Shown: piece after piece, positions 40,251-49,056 of the stretch
Layout: every line of letters begins with the position of its first letter
How positions within the stretch are numbered: the stretch's first letter is position 1
Assembly (NCBI GenBank): GCA_965208675.1
Contig: OZ242351.1
Span: 1,664,001 to 1,728,000, forward strand
Reading direction: 5' to 3'
Source of the DNA: Candidatus Poribacteria bacterium
GTDB taxonomy: Bacteria; Poribacteria; WGA-4E; PCPOR2b
Length of the DNA: 64,000 nt
The notes under the pieces: generated by a model
The model's input: the letters and a program-made list of their open reading frames with translations, nothing else
Told to the model about the DNA's origin: nothing
Databases searched by the model: none
Position numbers and translations under genes: made by a program

Positions 40251-40643
40251 CTACCACAGTTCTCTGTCTTTCAGATGAGGTCTTAGGTGGTCTATTGCGG
40301 GGACGAGGCAATTCAACATCTCCGTATATTTTGCGTCGAGAGATTCATCTTCCAACCTAACGTTCAGTAACCGATCGCCCAAATCATTTAGAACCACTTC
40401 GAGTGAGTCAGGGTCTTGATTACCGTTGATAGATAGCACTCTCAACCAGTTTTTCGGTTCGATTTTAGTACGCCGAACGAAATCGCTTACTCCGCCCTGT
40501 GCTTCGATGACGTTTCGAAGTCCTATTAGACATCCGAACGTATCGCCGTCATTCTGGTATTCTTCGAGTACGACTTGAAGATAACCGATTGCCTCCTTAA
40601 GGTCGGAAAGTTCCTTCATCCGGTAATCGTGATAATTTATCAT
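40251..40643 (-). CDS. Addiction-module antidote-like HTH protein, orphan
   Basis: EAIGYLQVVLEE...LRNVIEAQGGVS...LS.NGN pattern; starts 5 nt after the DUF4007 stop. Confidence 0.75.
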   Translation of the reverse strand: MINYHDYRMKELSDLKEAIGYLQVVLEEYQNDGDTFGCLIGLRNVIEAQGGVSDFVRRTKIEPKNWLRVLSINGNQDPDSLEVVLNDLGDRLLNVRLEDESLDAKYTEMLNCLVPAIDHLRPHLKDRELW

Positions 40644-40648
40644 TGTCT

Positions 40649-41569
40649 CTAAGATTTGTAATAGCTATGCAGCAGTTCCATCGAGTCGATATTTCGGTCT
40701 CGATAGACCTGTTTTAAGCCCGCGGTTTCGTCGTAGCGCAAGGCGCCATGGGTGAGGGTTTCGACCTCGTCAAGATATTCGACGACGGAATCCACGTCTA
40801 GCTTAAAAATCTTTCCGGGGCTTTTTGGTGAATATGCAATTTCACCCAGCGCTAGGGAGTTTCTATCGTCAAATTGAGTTTCCCAAAATTCGGACAGCGC
40901 AGCGGCGAAAACCTCGGTCGGCAGCGAATCTTTTGGTCCGCGATGAAATTGAAATGTCGTTTCGTCGGCGGAATCGGAGATGAGGTTTAATTCAACGAGC
41001 GGACAGTTGAAAGAATCTTCCAGAATCGTGGTTTGTGTTAGCCGAGAGGGGACGTAGGTGCGGAGAAAACAATCGACATCGCGTTTTATCGAATTTTCTG
41101 CCGTACTTTTCGCACCATTTCTATTCGACCAGTTTATCAAATCGGAGGTAAACTTCTCCTTCCTAAACTCACTCTGGGCAAAAACACCAAACGCCCAATA
41201 CCACGTGGTGGCGCGGTTGGCGTTTGCCGCGAGTTGCGCGTGGATTAACCAGAGGGTCGCGGTGTCCTCAAGGTATGGGTCGAATCCGTCGTCCGCGAAA
41301 ACCGCGTTGCCAAGGTCGGTCGGCTCAAATTGCGTGCGATTATCCTTTGCCTTGATGAGCCCCGCTGCAGTGCACCAGTGGCGAATGGAACGCACCATGT
41401 TCTTGCCGACGCCGAGCGTGATTGTGGCGCGGTCGCTGGTGAAGACGGCGGGGTCATTTGTCACGGCGTCAACGCCTTTTTTCAGCCAGGTGTAGCGGAA
41501 CGGGAAGGTTTCGTGACCGGAGAAGGAGGGTTTGATTTTTTCCGGGGGAGAATTTGAACTCGGCATCAC
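40649..41569 (-). CDS. DUF4007 family protein (SspB-like)
   Basis: FSGHETFPFRYTWLKKG, LGVGKNMVRSIRHW, DPYLED..TLWLIH. Confidence 0.92.
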   Translation of the reverse strand: MMPSSNSPPEKIKPSFSGHETFPFRYTWLKKGVDAVTNDPAVFTSDRATITLGVGKNMVRSIRHWCTAAGLIKAKDNRTQFEPTDLGNAVFADDGFDPYLEDTATLWLIHAQLAANANRATTWYWAFGVFAQSEFRKEKFTSDLINWSNRNGAKSTAENSIKRDVDCFLRTYVPSRLTQTTILEDSFNCPLVELNLISDSADETTFQFHRGPKDSLPTEVFAAALSEFWETQFDDRNSLALGEIAYSPKSPGKIFKLDVDSVVEYLDEVETLTHGALRYDETAGLKQVYRDRNIDSMELLHSYYKS

Positions 41570-41691
41570 ATCATCCCCTGCGACATTGTGGTTGAGTCCA
41601 TATCGGACTAGGCATCAACAAACCCGGTAGTGCTGTATCTCGATTTATTTTCGACCCTATACTTAGATTTGGAGACGGTTTGGGCATGGTG

Positions 41692-42030
41692 TTACAAATT
41701 GGCGATGGCGGCGCCTTCATTCGGAAAGATTCCGGCGTGTTGGACTAGCCCCATGATTTTGAACGTCCGCTGGATTACCGGCGTCAAGCTGCAGAAGTGT
41801 ACGACGCCCTCCTGTTGGTGTATCAATTCAATAATCTCGATTAATATTGAGATTCCAATGCTGTTAATGAGCCGCGTTTGTTCAAGATTTATGACAAGTT
41901 TCGTATAGCCTTCAGCTATGAGTTCTTTCGCCGTATCCGCAAGTTTCTCGCCGGAGGGGCCGTTCAAGTACCCCTCGGTTTGAATCACCGCATACGTGTC
42001 TTCTGTTCGCGTGACCAGATTGAATCGCAT
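41692..42030 (-). CDS. STAS anti-sigma factor antagonist (RsbV/SpoIIAA-like)
   Basis: INSIGISIL phospho-Ser motif, FKIMGL. Confidence 0.88.
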   Translation of the reverse strand: MRFNLVTRTEDTYAVIQTEGYLNGPSGEKLADTAKELIAEGYTKLVINLEQTRLINSIGISILIEIIELIHQQEGVVHFCSLTPVIQRTFKIMGLVQHAGIFPNEGAAIANL

Positions 42031-42061
42031 TTACCGTCACTCCTCGTTCAATGCCCCATCT

Positions 42062-42511
42062 TCAAGCGTTGGAGAACGCCTCACTATGAATCGGAGCCAT
42101 TTTCCGCTTAATCATGGTTATGGTCGTTCCCTTATCGCTGCTTTCGATACTGACTTCGTCCATCATGTTCCGGATAATCTCCAGTCCCCATCCGCGTTTC
42201 TTTAACCCGACCTCGCCGATTTTTGCAGGCTTGGCATGATCGAGCCGAAAGCCGACGCCGCAATCCGAAATTTTCAGTTCCAACTCATTATCCCTCATGA
42301 TAAATTTTATGGAGACCCGATTGTCCTCACTTTTGCTGTGCTCGAAGGCGTTAATGCAAGTTTCGATTATCGCGAGTTGAATCTCATCAATATCGTCTTC
42401 GTCAAAATCCATCATCTCGGCGAGGCTAAAGGCGGTTTGCGCCGCGGCGAGTTCAATGTTCGGGAACATTGGAATAATGAGAATGACTTCGCGATTGACT
42501 TGATTCGACAC
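42062..42511 (-). CDS. Anti-sigma factor Ser kinase (RsbW-like)
   Basis: ETCINAFEH, DCGVGF, RGWGLEII, GTTITM. Confidence 0.88.
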   Translation of the reverse strand: MSNQVNREVILIIPMFPNIELAAAQTAFSLAEMMDFDEDDIDEIQLAIIETCINAFEHSKSEDNRVSIKFIMRDNELELKISDCGVGFRLDHAKPAKIGEVGLKKRGWGLEIIRNMMDEVSIESSDKGTTITMIKRKMAPIHSEAFSNA

Positions 42512-42542
42512 CTTTTAATCTCCTCATACAAGGCATTACATT

Positions 42543-43244
42543 CTACTGATTCTCCCATTCCATGAAAAGAAACAGCGGAATCTGACGAAGTTTTTTTAAT
42601 CGGGGCGCGGCTTGTATCTGCTCATCTGTCGGAACGGGTTCATGAAAGCGTTTCAATCGGAATCCGTGGTCAACCAGCGGGTTCATAAAGTCCGAAAGTG
42701 GTTTGTGCCTTCGCAGAACGGGATGACTAAATTCGGTGGTAACATGTTCGTTCCAGACGTGTCGGCTGAAGTAGGCTTGGCGATGCGTAAAGTGATCAGA
42801 AAAGCAGGGATGAAGAATGCTCATCAACAGGTAACCGTCCTGCTTTAGGACGCGCCGCACTTCAGAAATACTCCCTTCGTAGTCCTCTACATCCATCAGA
42901 CTCATAGCAGCGACGACGATTTCAAACGAGTTTTCCACGATTCCGTCAAGATTATTGGCATTCCGCACCAGAAACTTAATTGAATAGTCTGAGCGCGCCT
43001 CTGCGATGTTAATCATCTTTTCACTACCGTCAATTCCGGTGACATCCGCCCCGCGTTTTTTGAGTACGCGGCAATAACCACCCTCGCCGCAGCCTAGGTC
43101 GAGAATCCTCTTGCCAGACACGTCATCAAGCCGCTCAAGCGTAGCAGGCGTCAGAAACACATTGCGATAGTCGTTCGTTTCAACATGTTGCACCCAGTCG
43201 TCGGCAACTCTATCCCATGAACGAATTGTACAATCTTCTTTCAT
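42543..43244 (-). CDS. Class I SAM-dependent methyltransferase
   Basis: ILDLGCGEG, RVLKQDG, HPCF. Confidence 0.9.
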   Translation of the reverse strand: MKEDCTIRSWDRVADDWVQHVETNDYRNVFLTPATLERLDDVSGKRILDLGCGEGGYCRVLKKRGADVTGIDGSEKMINIAEARSDYSIKFLVRNANNLDGIVENSFEIVVAAMSLMDVEDYEGSISEVRRVLKQDGYLLMSILHPCFSDHFTHRQAYFSRHVWNEHVTTEFSHPVLRRHKPLSDFMNPLVDHGFRLKRFHEPVPTDEQIQAAPRLKKLRQIPLFLFMEWENQ

Positions 43245-43303
43245 GAAAGTTTTTCCTCGCGGGCAGCCTCGCCGCAGTTGATACCGCGTTGCGCCTTACG
43301 ATA

Positions 43304-43332
43304 AATATATCACTGCCATTTGCGAATGTCAA
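43304..43332 (-). promoter_or_regulatory. sigma70 promoter for methyltransferase-rsbW-rsbV
   Basis: TTGACA-17 nt-TATATT with extended -10 TG. Confidence 0.65.
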
Positions 43333-43417
43333 CGCCGAAATACGATTTCAGATGTCACCTGACTCCACAGTTGATGAGTCGAGCATTCATACCTTCTTTG
43401 CCGACTGTTGCCGCAAT

Positions 43418-44554
43418 TTACGAGAGGACGACGACCTGTCCGCTGGCTGCTGAGCGATAGCCCGCAGAAATGACGGCGATGGATTGGGCCGCCATCTCCG
43501 CGTTCATCTCGCTTTCTACCCCAGATTCGATACAGTCGACGAAGGCACGGGCATCGTAATGCTGGGTGCGTTCTACCGTGAAAGGGATCCACGGGCGTTT
43601 GGGCGGGGGTTTGTCCTCCTGAGTGCTGCGCCACATGCTCATGGGATCCACAGAGGGAGGCGGAGGCGGTTGGAAGGGCGGTTCATCCGCAAAAATCTCG
43701 AGCCGAGGCTGCCAAGCGTCAAAGGTCAACACCCCGCGTGTACCGACTAGATGAAGGCACTGTACACCGCGGCTCATCCAGCCGATGCGGCCTCCTGAAA
43801 CTGTGGCAGTCACGCCGTCGTCCAGCGTTAGCACCAGCGCACCGAGATCTTCGATATCGCAGGACAAGTGCTCCACGAAGAAGTAGTTTGCCGTGGTTCC
43901 AAAGACGGTTTTTACCGATTTTCGGCTGAGCCAATTCACCATCGTTACTGCATAGACGCCGATGTCAAACATCTCCCGCTTCGCCTCGACGAAGGTGTAA
44001 CGCTCAACAGCCGGCTTTTCGATCCGTTTGCGGCCGACCGGTGCGGTGCCCGCGTTACCTTTACCGAACAAGACATCGCAATGGATGGCGCGCAGTTCGC
44101 CGATTTCACCGCTATCAAGTGCCCGCCGAGCGGCGCCCGCCCATCGGCTGTACACGTTGCTGAACACCTGGCTCCGGACACCGGCGCGTTTAACCGCAGC
44201 GACAATCGCTTGCGCGTCTTCAACAGTTTTTGCAAGCGGCTTATCGAGGTAAAGGTGTTTTCCCGCCTGAGCGCACTGGACAGCGACCCGGCCGCGCCGT
44301 TCGGTTTCGACGCAGACGCTGACAATGTGGACATCATCACGCGCTAGGGCTTCGCTTAGATTGCGGAGATAGGGGATTCCCAATTCTCCTGCGAGACCTC
44401 GATTGAGTGCGATACGTTCCGACGGGGCATCAGGTTCATCAGAGACGGCGATTAGGCGGCAGCGCGGATCTGCCGCAAAACCTAGGGCGTAATTTTCTTG
44501 GTGCGTCCGGAGTCCGCCGAGGAGTAGTACGCCGTATTTTTCTTGGATTGGCAT
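43418..44554 (-). CDS. Gfo/Idh/MocA family oxidoreductase
   Basis: AGKHLYLDKPLA, GEIGEL, MFDIGVY. Confidence 0.88.
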   Translation of the reverse strand: MPIQEKYGVLLLGGLRTHQENYALGFAADPRCRLIAVSDEPDAPSERIALNRGLAGELGIPYLRNLSEALARDDVHIVSVCVETERRGRVAVQCAQAGKHLYLDKPLAKTVEDAQAIVAAVKRAGVRSQVFSNVYSRWAGAARRALDSGEIGELRAIHCDVLFGKGNAGTAPVGRKRIEKPAVERYTFVEAKREMFDIGVYAVTMVNWLSRKSVKTVFGTTANYFFVEHLSCDIEDLGALVLTLDDGVTATVSGGRIGWMSRGVQCLHLVGTRGVLTFDAWQPRLEIFADEPPFQPPPPPSVDPMSMWRSTQEDKPPPKRPWIPFTVERTQHYDARAFVDCIESGVESEMNAEMAAQSIAVISAGYRSAASGQVVVLS

Positions 44555-44620
44555 TTACGTTTACACCCTCAGATTAGTTTGGATCAGACGGTTTTTGCAA
44601 GGTGGTTGTGTCGAGTATAG

Positions 44621-44651
44621 AAACCGAGTTTTCAAGGAAAAAACTCGGTTT
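44621..44651. repeat. Palindrome AAACCGAGTTTT-n-AAAACTCGGTTT (second copy 45481-45515)
   Basis: 12-bp stem; the two copies bracket the tandem array. Confidence 0.75.
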
Positions 44652-44747
44652 AAAGAATCACAATCTGCTCCGGTGGAGCGCAAGAGCTATCGTCATTTAC
44701 GCGGACGTAGTGCGGAGGCGCTGCGGGTGTTGAATTCAGTTGAACTC

Positions 44748-45407
44748 ATTGTAGATTACGCACATCGTGCACAGGTCCAACGTTTTCTTCATAACGAGAG
44801 GTTAAAAAGCGTTGGGTTTCGCTACGTCTTGGGAAATTTCAATCGTCATGTATTACCGCAGCGCAATAACACTATGGTACGCATTTCACCAAGACCGCTC
44901 TACCCAACCTACAAGACTATCGCCCTCACTATTCGGTCGGTTGATCTCTACCCAACCTACAAGCGCTAATTGTAGATTACGCACATCGTGCACAGGTCCA
45001 ACGTTTTCTTCATAACGAGAGGGTAAAAAGCGTTGGGTTTCGCTACGTCTTGAAATTTTCAATCGTCATGCATTACCGCAACGCAAAGAAATTATGGTGC
45101 GCAATTCACCAAGACCGCTCTACCCAACCTACAAGACTATCACCCTCCCTATTCGGTGGTTGATTTCTACCCAACCTACAAGAGCTAATTGTTGATTACG
45201 CACATCGTGCACAGGTCCAACGTTTTCTTCATAACGAGAGGTTAAAAAGCGTTGGGTTTCGCTATGTCTTGAAATTTTCAATCGGCACGCTCTACCGCAA
45301 CGCAATAACACTATGGTACGCATTTCACCAAGACCGCTCTACCCAACCTACAAGACTATCGCCCTCCCTATTCGGTCGGTTGATCTCTACCCAACCTACA
45401 AGAGCTG
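44748..45407. repeat. Tandem array of three ~220-bp REPIN-derived units
   Basis: Units 44748-44968, 44969-45187 and 45188-45407; six co-oriented TACCCAACCTAC heads. Confidence 0.93.
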
Positions 45408-45516
45408 ATTGATAATCGAGGCTAGGAAGCCTCTACCACAAACCAATGAGTACATGTGAATTTTGTAGTTTTAATGACTATAGATACCGAGTTTTTGTCA
45501 AAAACTCGGTTTCTAT

Positions 45517-45963
45517 CTAGTTGAATTCTACAGGAGTTGCGGTTTTGAGTGCCGTCTCTATCGGCGCTATTAATTCCTCACCGCCGCTGAATTCAATCGG
45601 CGGCTGCATACGGCAGTGACGCCCACCAGGCGTGTCATGATGGATCACACCCTTATTTCCGACTAGCAATAGGTTTACGGATGCTTCACCCACTGCTGGG
45701 ATTCGATTAAGGCTGAGCATCGCTGTCTGCCCACCGGTATATTGAACCATCGCTGTCATCTGCGTTGCGTCTGCTGTATCCGGAATGTAAATTAGTTCCG
45801 GTTCGGACGGCATCCAAGTGTTTGCGGCTGCAGCCACAGCCGCCATGCCGCTCACAATACTGGCGCCGGTTAACGGAATCTGCACCATACACCGCAAGAA
45901 TACCGGACTGCCAATTCGCCCTTCGGCGATAACCGAGCTAACGGACTGTTGAAGTAATTTCAC
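45517..45963 (-). CDS. Hypothetical protein resembling a stand-alone Gfo/Idh/MocA C-terminal domain
   Basis: IAEGRIGSPVFLR...LLVGNKGVI; GTG 45963 with G-rich SD. Confidence 0.6.
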   Translation of the reverse strand: MKLLQQSVSSVIAEGRIGSPVFLRCMVQIPLTGASIVSGMAAVAAAANTWMPSEPELIYIPDTADATQMTAMVQYTGGQTAMLSLNRIPAVGEASVNLLLVGNKGVIHHDTPGGRHCRMQPPIEFSGGEELIAPIETALKTATPVEFN

Positions 45964-46014
45964 GATGCGCCCCCTCTCGTTGAACCACACCATCTCTAAA
46001 CTGCTTAACGTCAC

Positions 46015-46043
46015 TTGACGGGACTAGCAAACTGTGTTAAAAT
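46015..46043 (+). promoter_or_regulatory. sigma70 promoter for rhodanese
   Basis: TTGACG-17 nt-TAAAAT with extended TG; it occupies the track's TTG start, supporting ATG 46087. Confidence 0.65.
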
Positions 46044-46086
46044 TCGGAATCAGCGATACCCAAATATCTTAATGGAGATAGAATTT

Positions 46087-46530
46087 ATGCGCGGAAAAAC
46101 GTTGGAACAACTTGTTTCTGAAGCTAAGGCGAACATCGGACGCGTCTCCGATGAGGAACTCAAGTCGGCTATCGAAAACGAGGAGCAGATTGTAATTTTA
46201 GATGTTCGCGACAAAGACTTGTATCTGACGGGACATCTTCCCGGCGCGATTTCACTTCCACGCGCCGCCATTGAACTTGACATTGACGAGGTTGTGCCTG
46301 ACCAAGATGCAAAGGTTGTTACGTATTGCGGCGGCGAAACTCGCGGCTCTCTGTCGGCGCATACCCTTCAAATCATGGGGTACGAGAACGCCTCCGTGTT
46401 GAGCGGTGGATTTCGAGGTTGGAAATCTGCAGGGTTGCCGCTTGAAAAATCTGTGGTGACAGGGGGACCTCAAGACTGGACACCTCTGGAATTGGCGGCT
46501 GAAGAGGAAGGTAGTCAGGATTCATCCTAG
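46087..46530 (+). CDS. Rhodanese-like sulfurtransferase
   Basis: ILDVR, GHLPGA, active-site YCGGETRG, LSGGFRGW; GGAG SD. Confidence 0.9.
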   Translation: MRGKTLEQLVSEAKANIGRVSDEELKSAIENEEQIVILDVRDKDLYLTGHLPGAISLPRAAIELDIDEVVPDQDAKVVTYCGGETRGSLSAHTLQIMGYENASVLSGGFRGWKSAGLPLEKSVVTGGPQDWTPLELAAEEEGSQDSS

Positions 46531-46639
46531 ACGCAAAACGCATACACCGGCACCCCTTATACCGCGTCTTGTATTCAGTGCGATCCCATCGGTTGACATC
46601 ATTGCCCCTTAATCCGTTAATAGCGCCTTAGATTGACTT

Positions 46640-46757
46640 TATGGCCACTACAACTAAAGACTGCACATATTTATCCGAAGAAAGGGGCGTGTCAACCTCC
46701 CTAGCCGCAATATAAGGGGGTATCTAATGTGTGTAAATATACATGTAAATGGACTTT
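46640..46757. mobile_element. Degenerate copy of the TA-ended MITE
   Basis: Both arms and the interior align with 39645-39765. Confidence 0.6.
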
Positions 46758-47086
46758 GGAACGAGTTTTCGCTGTGAGGGAGTATATCATAAGGTTGCTG
46801 TGTCAGGCAACGCCTATTCCAGCGTGGATAGCGAGAAGCTGTAGCCGTCAAGGTGATAGCGGATATGATACAAAACACTATCCCCCTCTTACTCCCCCTT
46901 GGCAAGCTTACTATTACCCACAAGTCTCTGGTGTTAAACGCCGTCTATGTTGAGGCTAAGAACAATTGTTCCTTTCGGTATGGTGTAAACTGAGGGAGGG
47001 ACATCCCGTCCCGATAATCAGGGCTAGGAAGCCCTTCCCACAGGTGAAAACCACAGAATATTTGTGTGTTGGTAAAGGAATTACAG

Positions 47087-48109
47087 ATGTTGAAACGGCT
47101 GATGCTGGTTTTACTCCTCACGATTACTTTGTTGGGTTGCGGCAGTGAGCAGAAACCGCTCCATGTCTTCACGTGGGCAAATTACGTCGGTGATGAGATT
47201 AGAACGGGATTCGAGAAAGAATTCGGCGTGCGGGTCGTTGTCGATGTGTTCGCGAGCAACGAAGATTTGCTGGCTAAATTGAAATCGGGCGCCTCCGGTT
47301 ACGATGTTATAATGCCGTCGGATTATATGGTTGCGATAATGGTCAAAGAGAACCTGCTATCGCCTCTGGATTTGCCCAAGATTCCGAACTTCAATAACAT
47401 TAGCGAGCAGTTTCTGAAACGGGATTTCGATCCGGAAAACCGGTATTCCATTCCGTACACGTGGGGAACAGCGGGCATCGGCTACGATTCGTCCGTTGTT
47501 AAACCGCCGCCCGACAGCTTGTCCGCGCTGTGGGACAAGCGGTACATCGGCAAGTTTAGTATGCTGGACGATCAACGGGAATCCATCGGTGCGGCGCTTA
47601 AACTGTTGGGGTATTCGGTTAACAGCACCGATCTCCGTGCGCTTGCGGAAGCCAAAGCGAAGTTAATTGAGCAGAAACCGCTGGTCAAACAGTATAAGAA
47701 CGAGGCGGACGAAATTCTAGGCTCCGGCGATGTGGTGATGGCGCACTGCTGGAGCGGCGACGCCTTCCGGGCAGCCGCGCGCCGTCCAAGTATCAAGTAT
47801 GTAATTCCCAAAGAGGGCGCCACCCAGTTCATTGACACCGTCTGCATTCCGGCATCAGCACCGAATAAAGCGGCCGCGGCGCAGTTTATCAACTATCTAC
47901 TTCGTCCAAAGATTAACGCGAAGGTTACCGAATTTACAAAATACGGCACCTGCGTGCCCGCGGCGCGAGAACACCTTCCCGATGCGCTGCGTAATCATCC
48001 GGGCATCTACCCCCCGGAAGAGGTTTTAAACAAGCTTGAATCGCTGAGGGATCTTGGAGAATTCACCCGGAATTACGATCGGGCTTGGACCGAGGTCAAG
48101 GCGAAGTGA
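47087..48109 (+). CDS. Spermidine/putrescine ABC transporter substrate-binding lipoprotein (PotD-like)
   Basis: LLGC lipobox, FTWANY, SNEDL, YDVIMPSDY, PYTWG, WSGD, IPKEG. Confidence 0.9.
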   Translation: MLKRLMLVLLLTITLLGCGSEQKPLHVFTWANYVGDEIRTGFEKEFGVRVVVDVFASNEDLLAKLKSGASGYDVIMPSDYMVAIMVKENLLSPLDLPKIPNFNNISEQFLKRDFDPENRYSIPYTWGTAGIGYDSSVVKPPPDSLSALWDKRYIGKFSMLDDQRESIGAALKLLGYSVNSTDLRALAEAKAKLIEQKPLVKQYKNEADEILGSGDVVMAHCWSGDAFRAAARRPSIKYVIPKEGATQFIDTVCIPASAPNKAAAAQFINYLLRPKINAKVTEFTKYGTCVPAAREHLPDALRNHPGIYPPEEVLNKLESLRDLGEFTRNYDRAWTEVKAK

Positions 48110-48154
48110 CAACGTCATGGGATTTTGTTCTGAGTGAAATCGCCTTGAATAGCC

Positions 48155-48970
48155 TTATGACCTGCATTCCTCGGTATGAATAACTTCCCCTACCAGAAAC
48201 TTCCGGACACATCCGTGTTCATCTCGTATCAGGAGCCCGCCATCTTGATCGATTCCCTCATCTTTACCCTCAATAATCTTAAATGCCGTTTGAACCTTGA
48301 CGCCTCGCCCAATCGTGGCTGAGAGCGTATTTGCACGTGCGATTAAAGATGCAACGTCGCCGTTTTTCAGGTGCAGATAGTATCCCTCTAGCCGATGCAA
48401 AATGAACTGAATCACTGCTACACGAGAGAATGCCGTTCCTGCTTCGATACGTAAGGACGTCGCGGAAGCCTGTAATTCCTGCGGAAATTCAGTTAGTAAT
48501 GTGTTGACATTGACGCCGAATCCCATGACGAGGAAGGGTTGCCGATCCTGATCATACTCCAGCTCGGTCAAGACGCCGCTCAATTTTTTTCCGCGGATGA
48601 GCACATCGTTGGGCCACCGAATCGCCGCGTCGAGATTCGTCAGTTCGTGGATTGCCACGGCAATGGCGGCTGCACCGGCGATGCTGGGCAACCCTATCTG
48701 GTTCGCCAACAACCGATGCCGTAGGATTAGCGATGCGAGGATACTTGAACCGGGCGGCGCGTGCCACCGCCTCCCGTACCGTCCGCGGCCGGCGATTTGG
48801 CTTTCTGCCAAGATTAGCGTCCCATCCGGGGCGCCCTCAACCCCGTGTTTTCGAGCAAGATCGTTTGTCGATTCAACTTCGCCGTAACATTCAATCTCGC
48901 GTCCGACTGTTTGGGTTCGGAGCCCATCCCGGATTTCGGATGCCGTCATTTTCATCGCTGCTAAGGTCAT
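48155..48970 (-). CDS. birA: Biotin-[acetyl-CoA-carboxylase] ligase (no HTH)
   Basis: STND, QIAGRGRYGRRW, WPND, KKLSGVL, GVNVN. Confidence 0.92.
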   Translation of the reverse strand: MTLAAMKMTASEIRDGLRTQTVGREIECYGEVESTNDLARKHGVEGAPDGTLILAESQIAGRGRYGRRWHAPPGSSILASLILRHRLLANQIGLPSIAGAAAIAVAIHELTNLDAAIRWPNDVLIRGKKLSGVLTELEYDQDRQPFLVMGFGVNVNTLLTEFPQELQASATSLRIEAGTAFSRVAVIQFILHRLEGYYLHLKNGDVASLIARANTLSATIGRGVKVQTAFKIIEGKDEGIDQDGGLLIRDEHGCVRKFLVGEVIHTEECRS

Positions 48971-49056
48971 TTAGGTTCAATATTTACACAATAAGGAATC
49001 GACCAATCGATAATCGAGGCTAGGAAGTTTCTCCCACAGACCAATGCGTGTCGGGG

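Noticed and set aside
24400-41700. Integrative element or prophage with att sites
   Set aside because: I saw no integrase, transposase, phage gene, tRNA or flanking direct repeat.
44595-45323. Short ORFs over the tandem array (44595-44969, 44812-45015, 45129-45323)
   Set aside because: They are translations of non-coding repeats, and indels between units break the frames.
44898-45402. Six copies of an 18-nt repeat resembling a CRISPR array
   Set aside because: Spacers alternate between ~30 and ~155 nt and are themselves repeated; the repeat is a GTAG REP head; no cas genes are present.
46087-46530. Rhodanese as sulfur donor of the PT-like locus
   Set aside because: It is 4.5 kb away on the opposite strand, has its own promoter and is separated by unrelated genes; there is no sequence evidence of linkage.
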